Origin: an uncultured Nitrososphaeraceae archaeon | Lineage (GTDB): Archaea; Thermoproteota; Nitrososphaeria; Nitrososphaerales; Nitrososphaeraceae | DNA length: 23,729 bases | Reading direction: 5' to 3' | Assembly (NCBI GenBank): GCA_963837175.1 | Contig: CAWIMJ010000004.1 | Span: forward strand, 1 to 23,729 | Part shown: piece by piece, positions 1 to 9,070 of the stretch | How positions within the stretch are numbered: the first letter of the stretch is position 1 | How the letters are laid out: each line of letters begins with the position of its first letter | Notes under the pieces: model-generated | Database searches by the model: none | What the model was told of the DNA's origin: nothing | Seen by the model: the letters and a program-made list of their open reading frames with translations, nothing else | Translations under genes and position numbers: made by a program

Positions 1-379
1 CAGCAATGGTGACAGCAATAATGGTTTAATAAGAAACAATATAAAAAATAGTACAAAACAAATCACAACATCAGCGGAAGCGGTCGGCAATAGAAATCGT
101 TATTATGATTACTATTATAATGATCATGATAATAAACCAAGAAGTAATGATTATCATATTATATTCTTATTTGAAAGAAATTTGCAGAACAACGCAGCCA
201 GCTATTAGAAATTCGTAATATGGTTAGTAAATTTAACAAAAGAGTAATTGAAATGAATAATCATCATCTATAACATATAACTTGAACTCTGATATTATCA
301 CTTGCTACATCTTAACATTAACTTATTTTTCCATTGGCTTAAGTTATTCTTATATTCCACTTGATTCGATAATTAAATT

Positions 380-580
380 ATGAAGACATTACCTGTCGTG
401 AAGCTGGATGTGAATGGGATTATATTGCTAAAGGATAAACAGAAGAGGAGGTTATGAAAGATGCTGCACGACATAATATGGAAGAAGAGGATAAGACAGA
501 AGAGGATATGATGCAAATTAGACAAAAGAGCACTTATTCATGATTCTGGCACAACTAATATATCCACTTATTTGAGATAG
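380..580 (+). pseudogene. DUF1059-like small metal-binding protein, pseudogene
   Basis: Manual translation: ATG at 380 gives MKTL, then a frameshift near 391 into TCREAGCEWDYIAKG*(TAA 436-438)TEEEVMKDAARHNMEE..., then a second shift to ...ALIHDS...TAG 580. This matches the DUF1059 pattern (C-x-x-x-G-x-x-C...G-E-T-E-E-E-V...H). Confidence 0.75.
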
Positions 581-828
581 CCTACGGATCCTGGATAAGG
601 GACTACTACTTCTTATGATGCAAGTTAATAAGGATTTATTTACGATATAATATCGTAGAGCCCTTATAATACTGAACTAATCTCAGTAGCCTCCAATCTG
701 CAGTTAGTACGATAATGAAAATGCCGTAGTTCACAGAGGCTCAGAGATAGCATTTAATATATTATATCTGCATCATATTATTCTAGATTCCTTCATCTAC
801 ATCTAATATATTTAATATCGGATATAAT

Positions 829-2193
829 TTGAGACAAACTGTTGTTGTAGCTATTGATAACATTAATTACAAGGTAAATTATATAATTGCATTGAAAATC
901 ATCACTGATTGGAAGTATAAGAAAAGAAGATTAACAGTATTATCTCCAATTGGATTATCATCATCGTCTGTTATTATCCTTGCTATTGTTGTTGTAGTGA
1001 TAATAGTACTACCATCGACATCGGTATTATTATTACTACCATTATCTTATGCACAGCAGCATTCTGCGGCTGATGCCACAGACTCGGCTCATTGTATTAC
1101 CTATGACTCATCTAGTAATACAATTACAGTTACTTGTAGTTCTGCAAGTCTTACTGACATTAACTATCAATTAAACGATGATACTATTTTAGATAAACAA
1201 CAAATACAACAATCTGATGATGGAGTATGGTTATTAAATGCAGGTATTATAATAGCAGAAGATGCCACCTTCTATATTAATTCTACAGATACTAAATGGC
1301 TGAAGATAATGTCGGATGGAAATACTGCAAACAAAATAGGGGTATATGGTAGTTTAAAGATTGATTCCGTAAAGATAACTTCATGGAATTCAGAAATAAA
1401 TGATTATGCTTTAACTGATGCAAAGGGAAAGATACCAAGACCATTTATATTAGTTGAAGATCAAGCAACAGGAACTACTGATATTACCAATTCAGAGCTT
1501 TCTTATCTTGGATACGCTGCTCAGCTAAAAGAGGATAATTATGCTCGCAGATCTGGCCTTGCTTACAATGGCGGTGATGGAAGTATAATCAGAGGCAGCA
1601 ATATCCATCATAACATGTTTGGTTTCTATTCAAAAGGAGTAGCTAATATGATACTTGAAGACAATCAGGTCCACGATAACTATGCTTATGGTTTTGATCC
1701 TCATACTGGAACTCATGATATGATAATTAGAAACAACAGTGTTCATGACGAGGGACATATTGGTATAATCTGTTCGCTAGATTGTTATAACATTACAATT
1801 GAAGGTAATGAAGTATACAATAACACAGATGTAGGTATAATGTTTAGTAGAAATATGTCTGGTTCAATTGCAAGAAATAACTATGTACATGATGAAACCC
1901 AATGCATATTTGTTTCACAATCACATAACAATGAAGTCTATAATAATACAGTTTCAGATTGCGAAAATGGAATTTATTTAAGAGATGAGTCATTTAATAA
2001 CAAAATATATGATAACAGCATTATAGATGCCACATCAAACGCTATACTTATTAATGCAGGTGCACATGATAATACATTTACCTCTAATACAATAATCAAT
2101 GCTACAAAATCTGGAATAAATGTTGAAGATTCAGGTTCTGTTAGTAATAGATTTAAAAACAACAAGCTAATTAATTCTAAAGTTATAGAATAA
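829..2193 (+). CDS. Secreted or membrane-anchored right-handed parallel beta-helix protein, AlgG/AlgE (mannuronan C5-epimerase)-like
   Basis: Hydrophobic N-terminal segment ending SYAQQ, many PbH1-type repeats (I-x-x-N-x-I/V-x-x-N) and the YGFDPH motif at 1687-1704. The true start may lie downstream of the TTG at 829. Confidence 0.85.
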   Translation: MRQTVVVAIDNINYKVNYIIALKIITDWKYKKRRLTVLSPIGLSSSSVIILAIVVVVIIVLPSTSVLLLLPLSYAQQHSAADATDSAHCITYDSSSNTITVTCSSASLTDINYQLNDDTILDKQQIQQSDDGVWLLNAGIIIAEDATFYINSTDTKWLKIMSDGNTANKIGVYGSLKIDSVKITSWNSEINDYALTDAKGKIPRPFILVEDQATGTTDITNSELSYLGYAAQLKEDNYARRSGLAYNGGDGSIIRGSNIHHNMFGFYSKGVANMILEDNQVHDNYAYGFDPHTGTHDMIIRNNSVHDEGHIGIICSLDCYNITIEGNEVYNNTDVGIMFSRNMSGSIARNNYVHDETQCIFVSQSHNNEVYNNTVSDCENGIYLRDESFNNKIYDNSIIDATSNAILINAGAHDNTFTSNTIINATKSGINVEDSGSVSNRFKNNKLINSKVIE

Positions 2194-2224
2194 CAATAAT
2201 AAGACGAAGAATAAAAGAAGCCAA

Positions 2225-2258
2225 TTTATTTTTATTATTTTTATTATTATTTGTCTTT
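2225..2258 (+). terminator. Oligo-T-rich tract, candidate archaeal terminator
   Basis: T-rich run (tttatttttattattttttattattattt) about 30 nt after the stop of 829..2193. Confidence 0.35.
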
Positions 2259-2523
2259 ACAGCTCGAAGTCAAGAGTTGAAATTAGTTATTATTCCCAGC
2301 ACGTGTTTTATCACTTTTGCGGCTTCTCTTCTTGGTGCAGCCAGCCATTATAGATTCAACTCTATTCTCTTATAATGCTTATCAGTCGGATATATAGCCT
2401 GTACAATTATCATTCTGTGACGTATACTAATTATATCTAGCATTTCTACACTTTTCCCCACAATATGAAATACAAGAGGATTTTCTACACATTTTGACAC
2501 AACGTCAGTAGACAGTGGAAAGC

Positions 2524-2562
2524 TGTATACCTAAATCTACCTGGTATACATAACCTTATAGC
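2524..2562 (+). promoter_or_regulatory. Inverted repeat TGTATACC-N11-GGTATACA next to a TATA-like box upstream of the RHH-like gene
   Basis: Perfect 8-bp arms at 2524-2531 and 2543-2550, followed by ccttatag about 30 nt before ATG 2593. Confidence 0.4.
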
Positions 2563-2592
2563 TTTCATCATTTCATTTACTTATAGTAGAAT

Positions 2593-2883
2593 ATGGATGC
2601 TGTAAATCATCAGTATCAAAAGAACAATAATAATAACAAGAAACTATCAAAGGTACTCTCTACAAAACTATCAATAGATGATTATAATGCATTTGTTATA
2701 CTAACCAATATTGAATATGAAGCTGGATTGGTTAAAGAGGAGAGTACATCAGAATTACTAAGATTTACAATACATCTTATACTAAACCAAGTTCATAATC
2801 AGGCTGAATATCTTAAACAAGAACAACAAAGACAAGTTCAAAACAATCATCGGCAACAGCTTCATAATCAATTTATTTTATAG
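2593..2883 (+). CDS. Putative ribbon-helix-helix DNA-binding protein
   Basis: KVLSTKLS (alternating beta-strand), then helix IDDYNAFVILT, then S-T-S-E-L-L-R helix: a CopG/MetJ-like pattern, with Asn/Gln-rich tails. Confidence 0.6.
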   Translation: MDAVNHQYQKNNNNNKKLSKVLSTKLSIDDYNAFVILTNIEYEAGLVKEESTSELLRFTIHLILNQVHNQAEYLKQEQQRQVQNNHRQQLHNQFIL

Positions 2884-3127
2884 TTTGAGTGGTATCAAGT
2901 TACTATGAGAATATCTTAGATATAGAATTAACAGGGTTTCTTATTTTCATACTATAAGACATTAGCTTTAGTCGATTCCTATCTAGTAAGATATAGTTAA
3001 GTTATCGAAACTATAACAAAGGAAGCCTTTTTTGAAAGTCTATCAGGACATTATGTATCTCCAAATTGTGGTTTGAATGAACCGATATATTCTGATATTA
3101 TCCATGTATATATATCAACTAATAACT

Positions 3128-3563
3128 ATGAGTAAAGAAAGCGAGAGAGAAGCAATTAAAGATGAAACCCATCAAGTACACCATCAAGAACAAGAAGAAT
3201 TGGATGAGATACAAGAGGAAGAAGTTGAACGAGAAAAAGATACATTTAGCAACAATGATAGAAGCAAAAAAAAGTTCTGATAGAAGAAGAAATGAAGAAG
3301 AACTGCAATCATTTTGTTGATGTAGCTAATAATAATGCTAAACAATCTATTTCACCGAAAACTTCAGGATGTCAAGAAGCTGAAAAAGGGAAAACTCAAT
3401 GGGTCGGCTTGCGTCTCTCTTTAACGTGTGGTCATTTAGGCTGTGCGATTCTTCTGTATGAATGCATGTAACAAAACACTCTGTAAATACAGGACGGTCT
3501 GTTATGGTTGCATTACCTAAAAAATCTTGAAATTGGTGTTATATCCATAAGGTATATGGATAG
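3128..3563 (+). pseudogene. UBP-type zinc-finger protein with acidic N-terminal extension, pseudogene
   Basis: From ATG 3292: MKKNCNHF...SGCQEAEKGKTQWVGLRLSLTCGHLGC/(frameshift ~3445)DSSV*MHVTKHSVNTGRSVMVALPKKS*NWCYIHKVYG*, the classic zf-UBP pattern with stops at 3459 and 3528. The acidic ORF 3128..3280 fuses in frame if the A8 run at 3266-3273 were A9. Confidence 0.85.
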
Positions 3564-3943
3564 ATGATGACAATGTATATTCTATTTATCTATCCATTAA
3601 ATATTTCTATATCAGTATCAGCTATGTATTATTATTATACTTGGCAGAGTTATCTGGGCAGATTAAGCGCTAGTTTCAAAGCCAGTACACTCAGTGCCAT
3701 TTCTAATGATATCCATATTTCACGAAAATTAACAACCAGGAGCTTCTATTCAGCTGACAGACAGTACTCTAATTTATTGTGTAGAAAACTGTCAGCAACA
3801 AACAAGACTATTGAGATTTAAGCACACTCTAGTTAACTCCTGAGTTCTTTGAGAGATGGTTTGAAGGTTCCTAACAACTTAGTTAGATAATGTTAATTAT
3901 TTACTATTAATCACTAGATTAGATCTTATTATAGTGAACTAAT

Positions 3944-4759
3944 TTGTCTGTCTTAATGATAATAATAATAGCTGTTTTAGTATTATCAATTGCTGTTCCT
4001 ACCACTATTAGCATCATTATACATCATCAACAACAGGCATTTGCAATACAGGGAAATACCAGAATGCCAACTACTTCTAATGCTGCTTGCGGACAAGTTG
4101 TCGAAGGATTTGTTGAGTTAAACTCGGACTTAAATTGTAGTGGAGATGGCTTGATTGTAGGGGCCAATGGTACAACCATAAGCTTGAACGATCACACTAT
4201 AAGAGGTCCAGGTCCTGACAGTTCAAAGGTAGGTATATCAATAAATAACCAGAATGGTGTAAAAATTGGAGGTCCAGGAACAATAGAGCAATTCCACACA
4301 GGAATTTATGCGGCAGGTGTTGAAGATACCACAATAACATCGTTGAGCCTTACAGGAAATAGCATTGGAGCATTTTCAACAGGTACAGGAGACTTAAAAG
4401 CAATACAAAATGATTTCACTAAAAACAGCATTGGAGTAGAATCGCATTCAAGTAACGGTCTTCAGTTAACAAAGAATTCTGCAACTGGCAATCCAATGGC
4501 TGCTTTTACACTTAGTACCACGGATGATTCTCTGATATCGAAGAATGATGTGGGAGAGAGTGAAAATGGAATATTTGTTGATGCCCAGAGCAATGGTAAT
4601 AGAATAGAATCTAATGATATCCATGAGAATAAGGTTGATTTGAACAACGCCAATGGTCTATCTACAGACATAAATCAAAACCGCTATTCTGATAACAATT
4701 GTGAAACAAGCACTCCTAGTGGTCTATGTACGACTGTAACTGATGCTTTACGACCATAA
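3944..4759 (+). CDS. Secreted right-handed parallel beta-helix (NosD-like/PbH1 repeat) protein
   Basis: Signal peptide ending QQQQAFA, CG...L-x-x-D-L-x-C-x-G-D-G-L-I-V...L-N-D-H-T-I-x-G start of the beta-helix, Asn-ladder repeats and a C-terminal N-x-C-x-T-S-x-P-x-G-L-C cap. Confidence 0.85.
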   Translation: MSVLMIIIIAVLVLSIAVPTTISIIIHHQQQAFAIQGNTRMPTTSNAACGQVVEGFVELNSDLNCSGDGLIVGANGTTISLNDHTIRGPGPDSSKVGISINNQNGVKIGGPGTIEQFHTGIYAAGVEDTTITSLSLTGNSIGAFSTGTGDLKAIQNDFTKNSIGVESHSSNGLQLTKNSATGNPMAAFTLSTTDDSLISKNDVGESENGIFVDAQSNGNRIESNDIHENKVDLNNANGLSTDINQNRYSDNNCETSTPSGLCTTVTDALRP

Positions 4760-5198
4760 CAAAGCACAGGACAATCTATCATAGAGCAAAAGCAGAACGG
4801 AGAGAAAAGGTAAAATTGAACAAAAGGAGAATCTCAACCACCACCTACGCGTGGAGACAATAATGAAACACAACAACCTATTGGAATGTTCAATATGACA
4901 ATGAGTAAATATTGGATGTGACAATATAGTGGATCTATCATAAGGCATTAATCAGAAATAAATTATCATTAATTTACTGATGATAGATTAAATTTGTATG
5001 ATGTCACTGCCTTGGATGTTATCTAATCTCTACTGCACAATGCAATTATTAATAATCTTATAAATTAGTCCTTTTGAAATATTGACACATAATCGTCAGC
5101 ATATTCTTAAAATACATAATAGTCAAAATTATGTGTTATTGGATTATCTATTTTATATTGAAAACCGGAATATCGCTTGTTCCCAAATTACAGATTGG

Positions 5199-5609
5199 AC
5201 TCCAAGATCAAGCGCAACACCACCATCACTACCGTCTCCAGGATCTAGTCCATCATCAGCAACATCACCATTACCCGGAATTGCTGCAGCACGAGGAGCT
5301 ACAGCCTCACTATCACCAACTATTCCACCAGTTTCGGATGCAGCAAGCGGCGGAGCAGTTAATCAAACAGAAGGTAGAGCAGATAATCAAAGTGCTCCGC
5401 TAGTGATACCTTAAAGCATCATGGAAAGGATTATGAGCCAGGTACAATATGTCATGACCGCAATAGATAGCAACAATAAAGATTAGATTATGACGGCATT
5501 GAATAGTGGAGATAAGGAATTAAAAAATGCAGCAAATGCTTCAGGTATATCTATAGAACCCACCACAACAGGTTGAATAGTTAGAGGAGATGGAGCAGTT
5601 GCAAAATAA
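5199..5609 (+). pseudogene. Remnant of a Ser/Pro/Ala-rich exported-type protein
   Basis: The frame of ORF 5082..5414 continues through stops at 5412, 5484 and 5574 with protein-like sequence (PLVIP*SIMERIMSQVQYVMTAIDSNNKD*IMTALNSGDKELKNAANASGISIEPTTTG*). The 5' boundary is uncertain. Confidence 0.55.
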
Positions 5610-5664
5610 TATTAATTCTGTGGTAGCATAATTATAAAAGAATGGGCATTATCACCAAGTGTCA

Positions 5665-6249
5665 ATGGAGGTAACTAATAAATGAAGAACTAAACAAGGT
5701 TTCGATACCAAAGTTTTGTTCATAGGAGTAGGTATATTTGTTCTTGCAATCGTAATACGGGCCTTTAGCCTTCCACAATCACCTATCTTCCGATGTACAT
5801 ATAAGGTTGGTCGTAACAACTCAAGTCTGACTAGAGATCGAATAACTGAATATTGTAATAATGATCAAACTCTAAAGACAGAGAATGTAGAGGATGTGAA
5901 AACGCTGGGGTTTGTAAGCACTCTCATAATCATAGACTTGGTAATATCTAGAATTACTAGGATTTAGCTTATTGTAAGAAGAAGAACCATAAGAAGAGAA
6001 GGAACAAAAGCACGATCATTAGAATTGAGAATAGAAATGATGAGTAATAATAAAGCAGACAACTGATTCACTTCTAGGAGGATACTGGGCTATTGCATAA
6101 TTGTAGGACTAGCTGGCTCCACACTATCTTCATAAATTCGTGAATTCTCCTTTCTACCGCATGCCCTTGTATTTGCATCAATTACAGTATGGTATCTGTT
6201 AGGCAAGAAATTTAATAGGTGGAGAGAAAGAAGAGAGAGGCAAAGTTGA
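5665..6249 (+). pseudogene. Decayed small membrane protein gene(s)
   Basis: One frame gives MEVTNK*RTKQGFDTKVLFIGVGIFVLAIVIRAF... (includes ORF 5716..5967) and later MMSNNKADN*FTSRRILGYCIIVGLAGSTLSS*IREFSFLPHALVFASITVWYLLGKKFNRWRERRERQS*. These are TM-like segments flanked by basic residues and broken by stops at 5683, 5965, 6064 and 6133. Confidence 0.45.
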
Positions 6250-6441
6250 ACAGGCCTTAATTTATTCCAATATCTAAAACGACAAATTCTATTTACCAAA
6301 GTTAAAAGATGAGTCGGAAGGTGTCTTAAAGACGAATGGCTACAATAGTAAGCCCAAAACCAGCAACAACAACAGCTGAATCGATTCACTTCACATTCTG
6401 GGCAGTATATTTATCTTATTTATTCTAGCTAGTTGGTCTAT

Positions 6442-6719
6442 CTATTGGTTACTCATCATAAAGTTACAATGTTTTACTTTCTTTCTATCGGCCTCACAGT
6501 CTTCTGAGTAACATTCTCCTTGTCCCATACATCTTATCTATCCGTTTATACTTGCAGGGAGTTGATCAGCTGCACAATTATCTGATGACGATGAAGATTG
6601 ATTTCCTTAATACTGCTGTGCATGTGCTGCTTAAGGTATTGTCGTTGTTAGTATCGATACACCCATAACGATGCTGCTGCTACCATTGCTATTACAAACT
6701 GTTGAGGAACTGTTCGCAT
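6442..6719 (-). pseudogene. Small secreted Cys-rich protein, pseudogene
   Basis: MRTVPQQFVIAMVAAA/(frameshift ~6672)IVMGVSILTTTIP*AAHAQQY*GNQSSSSSDNCAADQLPASING*IRCMGQGECYSEDCEADRKKVKHCNFMMSNQ*. Signal peptide with an AHA|QQ cleavage site like the neighbouring intact genes. Confidence 0.6.
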
Positions 6720-7298
6720 CTGAATGATTAAACCATAATATATAGAAAGGTATACCATCAATCCTATAGTAGAGAGGTCTGCTCTACTGTGTATAAGACA
6801 ATTCTAAAGCATTAGCGCTGCAACGATTGATTTGTATATATACCATTTATTTCAACCTCTCTACTTACGATTTCTAGATTCTACATTCAACAGTCTGTCT
6901 GTTTCTTAAGAAATAGATTGTCCTAGCTTTCTTCCAAGTTCGCTATGGCGAAGGATATGATTGCAATTAACACTCTATTGAAGATATTGTGTTTCAATAT
7001 TATTTTCCGTTGCAGAAATCAGTATTATATTGTGACGATTATTGCTATTTTCAATATAATTAAGCCTAAATTAGTCATTATTGTACTTTTTGCTGCATCA
7101 TAATATTTTTAATAGGAAGGTATTATCTATACGCCTTCACTACTTTCATTGTCTTCACTTTCTATGGGGCTTGTTTGGAAAATATGCCTATATTATCTTC
7201 AGCATTGCTACTACCAATACAAGCAATTAATCAATCAATTATATTTGAGATAAATGAACCAACGCGTTGAGGGATGGGTCATCAACAGAAGCAGGTTT

Positions 7299-7409
7299 TC
7301 AACTTTGATCTTCCATAATAAAGGTCATAATGAATCCAATTAGAACACCTACAAAGAAGCCGCTGCCTAGAGTAGCTGCTGTTGGTCCGAAACTCTCAAT
7401 ATTGGGCAT
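7299..7409 (-). pseudogene. Truncated FUN14-domain membrane protein (N-terminal fragment, 36 aa)
   Basis: MPNIESFGPTAATLGSGFFVGVLIGFIMTFIMEDQS*. The G-x-G-F-F-x-G-x-x-I-G-[YF] helix resembles the first FUN14 helix, but the following A-x-K-K motif and the rest of the domain are missing. Confidence 0.55.
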
Positions 7410-8215
7410 AATTTTAGATGCTGCGCCTTCAGGATACTTATTTTCATTACATGATGATTACTTTGATGTATCCTTACTATTGAGTCCTATATATGGTAAC
7501 ATTGACAGATAATAGCATCCAGAATATAGATTGAAAACTTAGCAAGATATCTTGAAAATACAAGATCTTCTGTATCTATTTGCTTCCCTGGGGTGTTAAT
7601 TAGTCTTTAGCATTTTATGTATTTTCTTTACCGCAAAAGCTATATCTTTTGCAGTAGACTTTCATATCCAATACTCTTAAATTATTACCAACTATAATAA
7701 TAAACAAAGAGACGATATTAACATAAATAAAAAGAGGGTACTACTGACTGTTAGAACTACTAAAGCTTGTCTAATTTCATTACGTAATTTATGAAGAACT
7801 ATACCATAACAGTAGCAGGAGAAGTTAAGATTAATTAAGCTAACATACGGCACTGAAACTTTGCTTTGATAATAATGAAATTCTCTAGGAAAACTGTTGA
7901 TTAATTCAACAGATGTGTATTAATTTCTTAGGCGAACTTATCCTTCCTGATATGATAATACTTATTCGATATTCGTCTCAATCAAAGTGTAGATTATGAA
8001 TAAACTTATCTGTATCGTCTTCATAAGTTTTGTGACTCCTGCTTGTTACTGTCTTGTTACCAGCAACAGGGACATCGTGATAAGAGAAGACTGGGTTGTT
8101 GACAAGTGAATAAAGATGGTCTTTTCTTCCTGTCTGGACAACCTGTCAGAATGAATCTTTTTGTCCTTTACAGGTACAGTAACACATGAATGATATTCTT
8201 CTAAGATTATCTAAC

Positions 8216-8833
8216 CTAGAAATATAATTCCTTAATCAGCATCCTTACAGTAGTGAGATTTAAATCCAGCTGATCTGCAATCACTTCTTCTTCAAAACCA
8301 GATTCATAAAGATTTCTCAGTGTTTCTTTTTTTTCTTTATTTATAATATTAGATGGTGGATGCAATGACAATTGATGTTCCATTGATTTAATATATTGCG
8401 ATACCTTACTGGCAACATCTTCTGTACTGGCAGTACTTTCTGTAGAGAATGCCAATATATGCTCTTTTACAGGCATACTGAACAGTTTTACTTTATCATA
8501 GTTATATACAATATAACTTAAATTGCCTAATTCTGTTAAGAACCTCTCTCCCAAATAGACGATATGAGCAGATTGAGATAAACTCAATTCAGCTTTGCTT
8601 GTCTTTAAGCGTTGACTAACTCCTTCTCTAATACCTCCTGCAAATAAATATCCTGATCTTTCTATTAACCCGGCAAATCTAATGTTAGGATCAAGGGATA
8701 GTATATTTTTTGCAAATTCTTCTGCTTTAATGTCTGCAAAGAAGCTTACCGCTTTATTAGAATCATAACTTACTTCTTTTAGAAGAGGTTTATCCAAATC
8801 ATTAATTGCATCATGCTTATTTTCTTCTCTCAT
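8216..8833 (-). CDS. Roadblock/profilin-fold-like (DUF6659-like) domain protein with C-terminal helix-turn-helix
   Basis: ILSLDPNIRFAGLIERSG...GG.REG...LGNLSYIVYNYDKVKLFSMP...ILAFSTE pattern, plus C-terminal KETLRNLYESGFEEEVIADQLDLNLTTVRMLI (HTH spacing). Confidence 0.7.
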   Translation of the reverse strand: MREENKHDAINDLDKPLLKEVSYDSNKAVSFFADIKAEEFAKNILSLDPNIRFAGLIERSGYLFAGGIREGVSQRLKTSKAELSLSQSAHIVYLGERFLTELGNLSYIVYNYDKVKLFSMPVKEHILAFSTESTASTEDVASKVSQYIKSMEHQLSLHPPSNIINKEKKETLRNLYESGFEEEVIADQLDLNLTTVRMLIKELYF

Positions 8834-9070
8834 ATTCTACCACTTCTCTAGCTAGGAGATCTTAATAATTGAACTATATATAATCCCTGATTAACTAAGT
8901 TAATTGATGAAGGTTGCAGGCCATTTCAACAAGATTTTGAATCTTTTTCTAAATCTGCATAAATAATTTTTAAAAATTTGATTGCTAAGTCAATATATTC
9001 ACTTTATGATATATTATATATAATATTTTGTATCTAAATGATAAAAGTAAAATATTAGCCTCACGTATAA

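Noticed and set aside
1-208. Open frame 2..208 on + (Asn-rich) and a hydrophobic signal-like frame on - starting at TTG 90
   Set aside because: Window edge. Cannot decide whether this is the 3' end of a + gene or the 5' end of a - secreted-protein gene; no motif.
2275-2443. Minus-strand frame MLDIISIRH...LNL*WLAAPREEAAKVIKHVLG
   Set aside because: Could be another remnant, but there is no recognisable family and it is short.
3564-3821. 85-aa ORF, and the GCTGACAG/CTGTCAGC inverted repeat at 3753-3796
   Set aside because: No protein-like features. A lone 8-bp dyad without target-site duplication does not support a MITE.
5131-5403. His/Gln-rich ORF suggesting a metal-binding protein
   Set aside because: Explained as the shifted-frame reading of Pro/Ser/Thr/Ala codons (CCA/TCA/ACA/GCA) in the overlapping S/P-rich frame.
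6090-6389. 99-aa minus ORF with a CCCC run
   Set aside because: The Cys run comes from a (CAA)n tract on +. The opposite strand gives a more protein-like membrane remnant.
380-6719. Stop-codon reassignment or selenocysteine/pyrrolysine readthrough as the cause of in-frame stops
   Set aside because: TAA, TAG and TGA all occur together with frameshifts and lost ligands, and all three act as normal stops in intact genes.
7330-7512. 60-aa plus-strand ORF
   Set aside because: Antisense shadow of the FUN14-like fragment.
7520-8200. Short peptide-like frames on - (e.g. AKDIAFAVKKIHKMLKTN)
   Set aside because: Too fragmentary to assign.
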